Notes: generated by a model not told the origin, from the letters alone. DNA of 32,000 nt from Nitrosarchaeum sp. (GCA_018334095.1 JAGXTE010000001.1:1-32000), one strand, 5' to 3'. Shown: positions 22,681 through 30,870, numbered from the stretch's first letter. Numbers and translations: made by a program.

Positions 22681-23763
22681 TTGAAAATCATAATCATACT
22701 GCTTGCAATAGGCTTTCTTCTGAGCATAAATTTTGTAAATGATTCGTTTGGATATAATGTTGAATACAAAATATTTGGCAGGCAGTTCTTTGACACTCCG
22801 CTTGTCTGCACATACAAGCCAACACTGGAACAGGATCCATATCTAAAACAGTGGGGAGTTGACAGACTAGAAGAGTCTGCAAGGCTTGCAGTACAGGATT
22901 GGCAATCTGCATTACAGATACATGAAGGAAAAAGCACAAAGGACAACTGGAAGATAAACTACAAACTGCTAACAGAAAAAGATGTGCAAAACAATCTTCA
23001 AAAAGATTGCAATGTCATAATTGAATTTCATCCAATGCCAACAGAGAAAAACGAGATGTATCGTGTACTTGGAGTAACATATTCAGATGATTCTGGTTTT
23101 AAATTAATTAAAATCTATTACAGAGACATACAAATCTGCAAAACAAGTGATGAGAAATACATCTACTATAGTGCATGTTATGGAGAAGACATGCTAATGT
23201 CAGAAAAACTTCGAACCACAATAACTCACGAGATGGGACATGCATTAGGATTGGGTCACTATCAAGCAGATGATCCTGAGGTAAATTCAGTCTGGGCAAA
23301 AGGACTAGTTGATGCAGAGTCAATAATGGCAGTATTCTCACATGAGAACTCAAAACTAATGAAGATAAAACCAATCGATATACAAAAGATAAAATCATTA
23401 TACACACCAAACGGATTCAAACCAATCAATACTGCAGTTTTAGAGACACCTCAACCAATCTTTGAGCCAATATCAGAAAAGCCAGCAGAGCAAGTCATAC
23501 CTTCATGGATAAAACAAAACGCAAAGTGGTGGTCAGATGAAACGATTACTGACAGAGATTTTGTAATTGGAATCCAATATCTGGTTCAAAAAGACATCAT
23601 CAAGGTTAGCGAAGTCAGAGAATCCACAGGAATATTCACCCAAGAGATACCATCGTGGGTCAGAAACAATGCAAAATGGTGGTCTGAAGACAAGATTACA
23701 GAGACTGACTTTATCAAGGGGATAGAACATCTAGTCAAAATTGGAATCATCAAGATAAACTAG
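22681..23763 (+). CDS. Secreted matrixin-like (M10/metzincin) zinc metalloprotease with two C-terminal 37-aa IPSW...WW repeats
   Basis: Signal peptide. HEMGHALGLGH at 23227-23259 (HExxHxxGxxH), with a downstream candidate Met-turn (SIMAV). C-terminal repeats at 23497-23607 and 23647-23757. Confidence 0.8.
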   Translation: MKIIIILLAIGFLLSINFVNDSFGYNVEYKIFGRQFFDTPLVCTYKPTLEQDPYLKQWGVDRLEESARLAVQDWQSALQIHEGKSTKDNWKINYKLLTEKDVQNNLQKDCNVIIEFHPMPTEKNEMYRVLGVTYSDDSGFKLIKIYYRDIQICKTSDEKYIYYSACYGEDMLMSEKLRTTITHEMGHALGLGHYQADDPEVNSVWAKGLVDAESIMAVFSHENSKLMKIKPIDIQKIKSLYTPNGFKPINTAVLETPQPIFEPISEKPAEQVIPSWIKQNAKWWSDETITDRDFVIGIQYLVQKDIIKVSEVRESTGIFTQEIPSWVRNNAKWWSEDKITETDFIKGIEHLVKIGIIKIN

Positions 23764-23970
23764 TTATTCGTTAGATTCTAGTTTGCGAATTATCTCCTCA
23801 ATTACGTAGATTCTGCTTATCTCCATGTCCAAATACACTTCATAGGTTCTTTTGATCTCACCATCGTCTTTGTTTGCTATTTGCTTTTCAAGTTCAGAAA
23901 CAGTAGAACGAATCGTATCTGCAAAAATGTTTAACATGTCTAATGCATCCTGTATTTTTTTCTCAGTCAC
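23764..23970 (-). CDS. Hypothetical helical protein (68 aa)
   Basis: ORF with a GTG start. No family recognised. Confidence 0.4.
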   Translation of the reverse strand: MTEKKIQDALDMLNIFADTIRSTVSELEKQIANKDDGEIKRTYEVYLDMEISRIYVIEEIIRKLESNE

Positions 23971-24027
23971 TTGGTTTGGATAGTTTGCACTAGTAGATTA
24001 ATTTTATTTTAAAGTGATCAAATGGAT

Positions 24028-24453
24028 TTATGCTTCCATGTGTTCTTTTAGAAGATTTTTACGTACTAGAATTGGAATGTTATACAAAGCCCCCAAAGCC
24101 ATGGCATCAGATGCTCTATAATTTCGCAGTACAAGATCCTTTTTTCCAGTAAAATAGAGATTTGCGCGCAGCACTTCGCCGCTTTCGTAAATCTTGACCT
24201 TGACTAGTATCAGCTCGTTTACTTCACAAATTTCTTCTACCATCTTGTAAACTGATGGCACTGATTCAGCAGTGCTGTCAACAAAACTGGATATGTGTCT
24301 TGCAACTTCGCCAGAAAATGCCCTCATGTGAAACTCTTTGTCATCATCACCTTTGAGGACAAGCATTCCTTCAACTGCATAAGGATCTACAAATCCCACA
24401 TAGTCGATTTTCACTGATTCATAATCTGGTTCTTGTGCTTGATCAATCTCCAT
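24028..24453 (-). CDS. Bifunctional-nuclease (BFN/DUF151) family protein
   Basis: LVLKGDDDKEFHMRAFSGEVARHI...VYKMV...YFTGKK..LRNYRASDAMALGALYNIPILV fits the DUF151 layout. The start is set at ATG 24453 (CTTTATAAG at 24483-24491) rather than GTG 24480. Confidence 0.6.
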   Translation of the reverse strand: MEIDQAQEPDYESVKIDYVGFVDPYAVEGMLVLKGDDDKEFHMRAFSGEVARHISSFVDSTAESVPSVYKMVEEICEVNELILVKVKIYESGEVLRANLYFTGKKDLVLRNYRASDAMALGALYNIPILVRKNLLKEHMEA

Positions 24454-24705
24454 TGTAATGCAATTTACATTTCGGTTCACTGCTTATAAAGATACTAAGA
24501 ATAATCATTTTAACTTGTGACAGTTTTTCAGAACTTTATAAAAATTAAAAACATAAAATAATTTTTCTTAGATCTAGATCACATACAATCAAAACCAATT
24601 TCAAATAATTATAATTTCAACTATAATGGATTTATGCGTAAATTATAGCCAAAATCAATGCAAACAAGAGAATAGAATTAATTCATAAACAAATTACAAA
24701 AAAAC

Positions 24706-25524
24706 ATGGAAAAGAATCCCAGTAGTGGAAAAAAGCTAATTGTTTTAGGATTTGCAGTTATTGCATTCATATTTGTAATTTATTCAAGATACCAAAATCC
24801 AGAGATATTCACACCAGATGCAATAGATACAATTCAAAGAATCGCATATGGATTTTACATCATACTGCTTGCAGCGTTTGGAGCAATAGCTTACGGGCTT
24901 TACATGTATCATAAAGAGAAAGTACGAAAAAAAGGAACTGACATTTTATCAATAATTGCAATTACCACGTGGAATGCAAAATCAAGAAAAATCTTTCTAG
25001 TTACATTTATCGTGTATGGTATTTTCTTTTCTTTGATATCTGGAACACTAGTGTATCAGCCAGAAGTAAATTTTATCACACATTATGGTGCAACCATACC
25101 TTCTGGATTTGTTGCTCCTTGTTGTGATCAGCTTGGTTACATGCCCAAAGTCATAATATATCTAACAGAGCATGTTGGATTGCAAATCTTACCAATCAAT
25201 CTAGTACTTCAGATAGTAGTGTCATATTTGGTCGGATTAAACATGGCAATTGCAGTTAGCGCATACACCATATCAAAAAAAGGAAGAGGTGCAAGCACAG
25301 TAGGAGCAGCTGCAGGATTGTTCATAGCATGCCCAACATGTGCAGGTACGTTTCTATCAGTATTTGTTGGAACTGCTAGCGGCATTGCACTGTCCATTGC
25401 ATTGTCACAGCTGCAAACATTTTTCATTGCAATATCAATTCCAGTGTTATTTGTAACTCCAATAATAATGGCAAGAAAACTCAGAAATCCTGACGGCAGC
25501 TGCAAGATAGATTCTATGAAATAA
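24706..25524 (+). CDS. Six-TM membrane protein with CC and CPTC cysteine pairs
   Basis: 272 aa with about 6 hydrophobic helices. VAPCCDQLG lies before TM4 and FIACPTCAGTF within TM5. No family recognised. Confidence 0.6.
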   Translation: MEKNPSSGKKLIVLGFAVIAFIFVIYSRYQNPEIFTPDAIDTIQRIAYGFYIILLAAFGAIAYGLYMYHKEKVRKKGTDILSIIAITTWNAKSRKIFLVTFIVYGIFFSLISGTLVYQPEVNFITHYGATIPSGFVAPCCDQLGYMPKVIIYLTEHVGLQILPINLVLQIVVSYLVGLNMAIAVSAYTISKKGRGASTVGAAAGLFIACPTCAGTFLSVFVGTASGIALSIALSQLQTFFIAISIPVLFVTPIIMARKLRNPDGSCKIDSMK

Positions 25525-25768
25525 ATTTCTTGACTTCTGGAATCTTATGATTTCCAATGTCATATCCGTCTCGTCTAAGATACTTTAATGTCAATTTGTA
25601 AATTAGTTCGTCATGATCAACTTTTTCTAAAATTTCAGTCCACAAAACTTTTCCATTTTTTTCAATGTATTCTTTAAATGAAGGGTTCATAGATTCTGCA
25701 ATTTCTCTGCACTCTGCAAAAGTTTTTCCATTTTTGTATGCACGAGTCCTGACATCACATGCGTCCAT
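25514..25768 (-). CDS. Hypothetical protein (84 aa)
   Basis: ORF. TTTATTTA ends 21 nt upstream of the ATG. Confidence 0.45.
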   Translation of the reverse strand: MDACDVRTRAYKNGKTFAECREIAESMNPSFKEYIEKNGKVLWTEILEKVDHDELIYKLTLKYLRRDGYDIGNHKIPEVKKFIS

Positions 25769-25853
25769 AATACATCATATGTGAAATTGTAAATAAACCT
25801 GTCACATTGTTGCAAGATTTGACGCATGAAAAATAAATAAAGAAAACAGATGA

Positions 25854-26060
25854 CTATTTGGTAATTTTTTCATTTAGGTAATTTAGTCGCTCATTAAGAT
25901 TACCTATGTACATGTGCAAATCTTCGATTCTCTTTTCTAGTCTTTCAATTTTTCTGTCAGTTGATTCCCTTAGGGAGTTTTCAACGTCATATTCCAATTC
26001 GGACATAATAGTAAGAAGTATTTCATAAAGATAAGATTCTGTGTGTTTTTCATAGTACAC
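25854..26060 (-). CDS. Hypothetical coiled-coil protein (68 aa)
   Basis: ORF with heptad-like composition. GTG start; the promoter is unclear. Confidence 0.4.
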   Translation of the reverse strand: MYYEKHTESYLYEILLTIMSELEYDVENSLRESTDRKIERLEKRIEDLHMYIGNLNERLNYLNEKITK

Positions 26061-26128
26061 ATAGCCATACTATCATTAATCTCAAGATTAGAACAATAAA
26101 TCAAATAGTAGAAAAAATCATCAAAAAC

Positions 26129-26362
26129 ATGGGCATAAAGACTACGAGCGATTATGTAAAATTTTTCATTAACTTGGACATACAAGGCAGGGTCAGTCTT
26201 TTGAGTTTCATACACAATGAAAAGATGGTGCTAAAGCAAAAGCTAGAAAGCAAAAAACTAGACAAAGAGCAGATCATAAACGGAATTAAAATTTTAGAAG
26301 ATCTTATCGAAGAGCTAAAAAAAGACGGCGAGTCCAAGGTTTTAGAAAAGTACAGCAAGTGA
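26129..26362 (+). CDS. Hypothetical helical protein (77 aa)
   Basis: Protein-like composition. Preferred over the antisense ORFs 25970-26215 and 26152-26421. Confidence 0.45.
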   Translation: MGIKTTSDYVKFFINLDIQGRVSLLSFIHNEKMVLKQKLESKKLDKEQIINGIKILEDLIEELKKDGESKVLEKYSK

Positions 26363-26408
26363 TCCCAATGTACCACCAAATAGCCACAAAAGATACTTGT
26401 ACGTTTAA

Positions 26409-26993
26409 GTGATGAATTCAATACGAGAAAACATGGACTCGGACATTATTAGAACAGAAATTTTACGTGTACTAAATGAGAGCGGAAAAATTCGCGGAAA
26501 CGAGCTTACAAGCAGAGTGATAACAAGGGTGGGAAATGAAAAGATGGTTCACCGAGAAATCAGTTTGCTTGTAGAATCAGGCGAAGTTGAAAAAAAGATG
26601 TACAGCAAATCCCACATCGAGTATCAAATAGTCAACATATCAGAGACTGTAAACAATCAGCTCAAAGGAGTGCATAAAGAGATTGAAGTTATCTTTGAGG
26701 ACATAAAAGAGTTCAAAGTAATCATTGAGCAAAACAAACTAGAGTTTCAAGAAAGACTGCGAACAACAATTCATCTTATCCACATTGTACAGTCAATTGA
26801 CGGAGTAATGAAACTATTGGCACATTATCCCACATTTAAAAAAGACAGAATGTTCTCGCAGATTACAAGAAAGATTAGTGATTGCTGGGAGGGTTTGATG
26901 GAGATAATTGTGCATCAACCAGAAGAAGAGTTTCTAAATGAGGTAATAGGAAATCTAAGAATATCTCAGATAGGAACAGAGAGCGTAAACTAG
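26409..26993 (+). CDS. Putative winged-helix transcriptional regulator (194 aa)
   Basis: The N-terminal IIRTEILRVLNESGKIRGNELTSRV...VHREISLLVESGEVEKK resembles a wHTH. The likely true start is ATG 26412. Confidence 0.5.
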   Translation: MMNSIRENMDSDIIRTEILRVLNESGKIRGNELTSRVITRVGNEKMVHREISLLVESGEVEKKMYSKSHIEYQIVNISETVNNQLKGVHKEIEVIFEDIKEFKVIIEQNKLEFQERLRTTIHLIHIVQSIDGVMKLLAHYPTFKKDRMFSQITRKISDCWEGLMEIIVHQPEEEFLNEVIGNLRISQIGTESVN

Positions 26994-27274
26994 ATATTTT
27001 TTAATTTGTCAACTACTATCTTGAAAATCTCTTCATTGTCAAGCAAAATGAATGGAAGATTATTTTCTTCACAGGCCTGACCGCTTTCAGTATCACGTGT
27101 AACTAGGATCATGTCGTTTTCTTTTGCATAGTTTATCACAGAATAATCAGTACGCAGTTTTAGACCGTCATTGCGAAGTTTCTTTACGCTGTATGCATCA
27201 TAGCCCATCTTGCGAAGCTTGTCATCCCAGCCATCATCCATCTCGTCAATTAAAATTTTAATTGGTTTTGACAT
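26990..27274 (-). CDS. PIN-like Mut7-C/DUF5615-family small protein
   Basis: KILIDEMDDGWDDKLRKMGYDAYSV...DYSVINYAKENDMILVTRD fits the short Mut7-C/DUF5615 pattern. Confidence 0.5.
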   Translation of the reverse strand: MSKPIKILIDEMDDGWDDKLRKMGYDAYSVKKLRNDGLKLRTDYSVINYAKENDMILVTRDTESGQACEENNLPFILLDNEEIFKIVVDKLKNI

Positions 27275-27313
27275 GAGTTACTGCTATTAAATTTCAATAT
27301 TAGTGTAAATAAT

Positions 27314-27667
27314 CTAACCGTGATAATTCTGAGATATCTCGTATAGTTTTTCACAAAATAAAACCAACCTGTCAGGCAAGACACCGTCAAACCAAGACAG
27401 TTCTTTATTGATGCTGCTGCCACTAAACGAATTTTTTGGATATGATTTTAGAAACAAAACCTCATCGTCAAATAGTTTCTTTAGTTGTTTTTCCCCGTCA
27501 ACTGTAAACTCGTAATCACATGGCATCATGTCAATTTGGACATGATAATTTCCATTTATTGGATTTATTTTGCCCTTGATAAACGGCTGGTTGCTCTGCT
27601 GGCACTCTCTATAATGACGGTCATATTCAAACATCTTTGAATCTATGATGTATTTTTTGAGAGTCAT
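27314..27667 (-). CDS. Hypothetical protein (117 aa)
   Basis: ORF only. Confidence 0.45.
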   Translation of the reverse strand: MTLKKYIIDSKMFEYDRHYRECQQSNQPFIKGKINPINGNYHVQIDMMPCDYEFTVDGEKQLKKLFDDEVLFLKSYPKNSFSGSSINKELSWFDGVLPDRLVLFCEKLYEISQNYHG

Positions 27668-27684
27668 TTAGTAAAATTTGAAAG

Positions 27685-28065
27685 TTAAAGATTAGCTGTG
27701 ATTTTTTTGATTTTTGTAATGATTCTGATTTTAGTGTTAGTTGGCATTTCAGGCTCCATTGTAAAATATACGATATTTCTTCTAGTATAGGTTACCATCT
27801 GGGTTACTTTTTCTCTTTCAACATGTACGTATCTAACCTTTCCCAAAGTTCGATTAAATTCTTGTCTCATCTTTCTTCTTTGAGCAACTTGCTTGCAAAA
27901 ATGCTCTTCTTCTTTTTGAGTTTTTAGTGATGTCTTTCCACTCTTCATGATTGCTTCTCGAATGTTCCCCTTTTGATCAATGATTGCAGCAAATCTCATT
28001 TTTGGATCCAAGTTAATCATGGATTCAACGATTTTTAGTAGATTTGGTTTTTTAGCAACCATCAT
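27685..28065 (-). CDS. Hypothetical protein, possibly Roadblock/LC7-like fold
   Basis: The pattern ...AAIIDQKGNI.EAI... then V.VEREK..Q.V... is reminiscent of Roadblock. ATG 28065 is preferred over TTG 28086 (GCTTATAT ends about 21 nt upstream). Confidence 0.4.
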   Translation of the reverse strand: MMVAKKPNLLKIVESMINLDPKMRFAAIIDQKGNIREAIMKSGKTSLKTQKEEEHFCKQVAQRRKMRQEFNRTLGKVRYVHVEREKVTQMVTYTRRNIVYFTMEPEMPTNTKIRIITKIKKITANL

Positions 28066-28106
28066 GATGCCAAGCAAGTTTGGCAAATATAAGCTATTGA
28101 AGTGTT

Positions 28107-29336
28107 TTAGATTTTGATAATACCTGAAGTTACTAGAAATGCGATGCTCTTTGCAAATTCTTGATCTGTGATTTCACCTGCTACCCAGAATTTTGCATTA
28201 TTTTTGATCCATCCTGGAATTTCAGTCATAGATGAATCAGAATTAGGCAAAACAGGAATTACGATAATATTTTTTCGTATCATGTACTGCAAGGCATTTT
28301 TAAAATCATTATCCGTGATTTGGTTTTTAGACCACCAATCAGCATTGTTTCTGATCCATTGAGGAATTGCAATATCATCTTCAATATTTTTAGATTTGTA
28401 AATCGGTTTTTCAAGTGTTTCTGCAAGTACATCAAATGTTTTTGTTGCAATATTTGGGCCATATACAAACTTGGCAGTAAAAGTTCCAATCTCAGAGGTT
28501 GTAACGTCTTCAAATTTTATTCGGTTCAATGGTGTAACTGGAGAAATAGTTGTAGTGTTTGTCTTTCCAGATGGGTATGTAATTGTCAAAACTCCGGAAT
28601 TTAGTGAAATCTCAGGCACAACTATGTTGATTTCAACTGGATCCCCAGGATCATAGAGATTTTTGTCACTTCCCATGAAGATGTTGGTCTTTGCGTTTAC
28701 ACTTGATGCAGTAAATGGAACGTCAACTTCTACTGAATAATATTTTGCAACAATGTGATAAGTTCCAGAAGGATTGTGTTTTAACAAGTTATCCATTGAA
28801 AAATTTTCTACGATATTTGCTTGTGATACTTTGGTTTTATATTCCTCAACTAGTTTTGCAGGAGAGCCATTATCATCTAAAATTTTTACATGTAAAGTTT
28901 CAGCTTTTGCTGCACTTGGCTCGTAATAGTTTGTAGAGAAAGTTATGATTGCTTTATCAAATTTACCGTACGTATCTTTGTCAGTGGTAATTTTCACTTC
29001 CAACGGTTCAACAAAAACGCCAACTGTTTTTTGAATGTCTTTGTAATTGTACTGTATTGTCCAATTACCAAACTGATTATCAAATGCCGTTCGAATAATG
29101 TTGTGTGTTGCCTTTGAAGCTTGTAAGCTTGGAAGAGAGCCAGTAATTATTTTGCCATCAGGTTGAGTTGCATTCCATTCAACTGTACCGCCTACATATC
29201 TGTCAACAACTACAAAAACAGTAATCCAATCATTAGGACCAAACACCTCCATTTTAGGAGTTGCTATAATTTCAGCGCCATATGCAACAGGAATTAGACT
29301 AAATGAGAAAAATACCAATGCGATAAATAACTTCAT
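28107..29336 (-). CDS. Secreted multi-beta-sandwich protein with two C-terminal 37-aa IP.W...W repeats
   Basis: Signal peptide (SLIPVAYG|A). Two DK(D/N)xY...D...I signatures typical of Ig/MG-like sandwiches. C-terminal repeats at 28257-28367 and 28110-28220 are homologous to those of the metzincin. GAATTAAA ends 23 nt before the ATG. Confidence 0.7.
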   Translation of the reverse strand: MKLFIALVFFSFSLIPVAYGAEIIATPKMEVFGPNDWITVFVVVDRYVGGTVEWNATQPDGKIITGSLPSLQASKATHNIIRTAFDNQFGNWTIQYNYKDIQKTVGVFVEPLEVKITTDKDTYGKFDKAIITFSTNYYEPSAAKAETLHVKILDDNGSPAKLVEEYKTKVSQANIVENFSMDNLLKHNPSGTYHIVAKYYSVEVDVPFTASSVNAKTNIFMGSDKNLYDPGDPVEINIVVPEISLNSGVLTITYPSGKTNTTTISPVTPLNRIKFEDVTTSEIGTFTAKFVYGPNIATKTFDVLAETLEKPIYKSKNIEDDIAIPQWIRNNADWWSKNQITDNDFKNALQYMIRKNIIVIPVLPNSDSSMTEIPGWIKNNAKFWVAGEITDQEFAKSIAFLVTSGIIKI

Positions 29337-29427
29337 TTACAAAAGCAATTCAAAATTAGTTTAATTCAAAGGAGTGATTAACAATGAGCGACATGATTGT
29401 GAATCTTCTTGATGAGATTCAAATAAT

Positions 29428-30870
29428 CTAGACCGAGTCAGTATTTTCGGTGGGTTTTGGTGCTATTTTAGGCTCAGAATTGGCAGGTTTTGCATTTGTT
29501 TTCTTACTGAATGCCCTTGTTTTCTTTTGGGTTTTTGATTTTTTGATCTTTTCTTCAACTTTTTTGCGTTTCAGTTTTATTGTTTCCAGTTTCTTTTTTT
29601 CAGATGCTAGTTGTTTTGCAAGGACGCTTTGCTGTTTTAGTTTTTCTTGTTCTTCTTTTGTCTTTTTGGCAATGTTTTCTTTTTCTTTAGATATTATCTG
29701 GTTTATCTTTAGCCGTTCTTTTTGGGCTTTTAGCAGACCTTTTTCCTGAGAGGCGATTAATTTTTTTAGTTTTTCACATTCAACTAGTTTGCTTTTTTCA
29801 AGGTTTACCTGAGATACAATATCTTCGTATTCTTTTTTGGTTTTTTCCAAATATCCTTGCTTTTCATTTATTTCACGAGCTATTTTTGATTGTTTGAGCA
29901 AATTGGCCTTTTGTTCTTCGGCCATTTTAGCAAGCTGAATCTGTTCATCTTTTATCTGCTTTTCAATTTCTTCTTGCTCTAGTTTTGTCTGGAGAAGTTG
30001 CTTTTTTTGAAACTCTAAATCTTTTGCTATCTTTTCTTTATCAGATGATATTTTTTTCATCAGTTCATTTCTTTCAGACTTTACCTGTTCTAGTTCTGCT
30101 TTTTGTGAAATAATTTGCTCAGATAGTTTTGTCTGATTTTGAATGCTGAGATGTTCTTCTTTTATTTGAGATTCAAGCAGAGTTTTTTCAAGTGAGACTT
30201 GTTTTTCATAGTCTTTTCTGTTTAAGATAAGCTGAGATAGTTTTGAGCGTTGCAGTTGGAGTTGGTCATGTTCTTTTTTCTTTTCTGCAAGTAGTTCTTC
30301 TTCGGTTTTTATTTTTTCATATATTCCGGTCAGCTCGTTTGAGTTATTTTCAGGAGGTGACCAGTCCTTTGGCATTGAGCCTCGCAGTTTTTGAACTTCA
30401 GGCTTTGGAGGAGGTTTTTCCTCAAAGACGGTCTCTTTTTTTGGAGCAGAATAACGGTTTTTAGAATACTCTGATTTTGTAACCAGATTATTTTCAGGTG
30501 GCGTATCTTGCACATTGAGTTTGCTTTCAAGATATACTTGGTCAGAATGATAAAGCGGTTTGTTTTGATATATCATGTCATAGATGTGCTGCAATCTTCC
30601 GGGGTCGCCTGTCTCAGCGTTTATCAGCGATTGAATCTTTGCAAGTACGGGATTGTCGTTTGGTTTTTTCTCATCAATTATTTCAAATGATACGTTGAGC
30701 TTGCTTTCCAAATAATTTTTGTCAGATTGGTAGAGCGGTTTGTTTTGTTTGAAATGTTCTAAAATGTGATAAAGCCTCCCCACATCGCCTTTATTGGTGT
30801 CTATAAAATATTGAATTTTTTCAATGATTTGTGAATTTGTGAATTGTTGGATATTACCAGTGCTTTCCAA
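29428..30870 (-). CDS. Long coiled-coil protein with a duplicated about 46-aa N-terminal domain
   Basis: No signal peptide or TM helix. N-terminal duplication with a 60-aa period (30511-30828). About 250 aa of K/E/Q-rich heptads, then a basic tail. The TTG start is supported by TTTTATAC ending 24 nt upstream. Confidence 0.7.
   Translation of the reverse strand: MESTGNIQQFTNSQIIEKIQYFIDTNKGDVGRLYHILEHFKQNKPLYQSDKNYLESKLNVSFEIIDEKKPNDNPVLAKIQSLINAETGDPGRLQHIYDMIYQNKPLYHSDQVYLESKLNVQDTPPENNLVTKSEYSKNRYSAPKKETVFEEKPPPKPEVQKLRGSMPKDWSPPENNSNELTGIYEKIKTEEELLAEKKKEHDQLQLQRSKLSQLILNRKDYEKQVSLEKTLLESQIKEEHLSIQNQTKLSEQIISQKAELEQVKSERNELMKKISSDKEKIAKDLEFQKKQLLQTKLEQEEIEKQIKDEQIQLAKMAEEQKANLLKQSKIAREINEKQGYLEKTKKEYEDIVSQVNLEKSKLVECEKLKKLIASQEKGLLKAQKERLKINQIISKEKENIAKKTKEEQEKLKQQSVLAKQLASEKKKLETIKLKRKKVEEKIKKSKTQKKTRAFSKKTNAKPANSEPKIAPKPTENTDSV

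Noticed and set aside
24481-24705. A 225-bp AT-rich intergenic region, examined for repeats or an RNA gene
   Set aside because: I found only promoter-like A/T tracts for the divergent genes (for example CTTTATAAG at 24483-24491). No convincing structured element, repeat or box motifs were seen.
25970-26421. Minus-strand ORFs 25970-26215 and 26152-26421
   Set aside because: Both are antisense to or overlap the more protein-like 26129-26362 (+) and 25854-26060 (-). Their sequences are rich in F/Y/C/L/S with no recognisable features.
29450-30690. Plus-strand ORFs antisense to the coiled-coil gene (29450-29749, 30243-30464, 30508-30690) and the minus-strand 30330-30530
   Set aside because: They are low-complexity F/L/S-rich translations produced by the complement or an alternative frame of K/E-rich codons. 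The 480-aa frame is continuous and has a promoter at canonical spacing.
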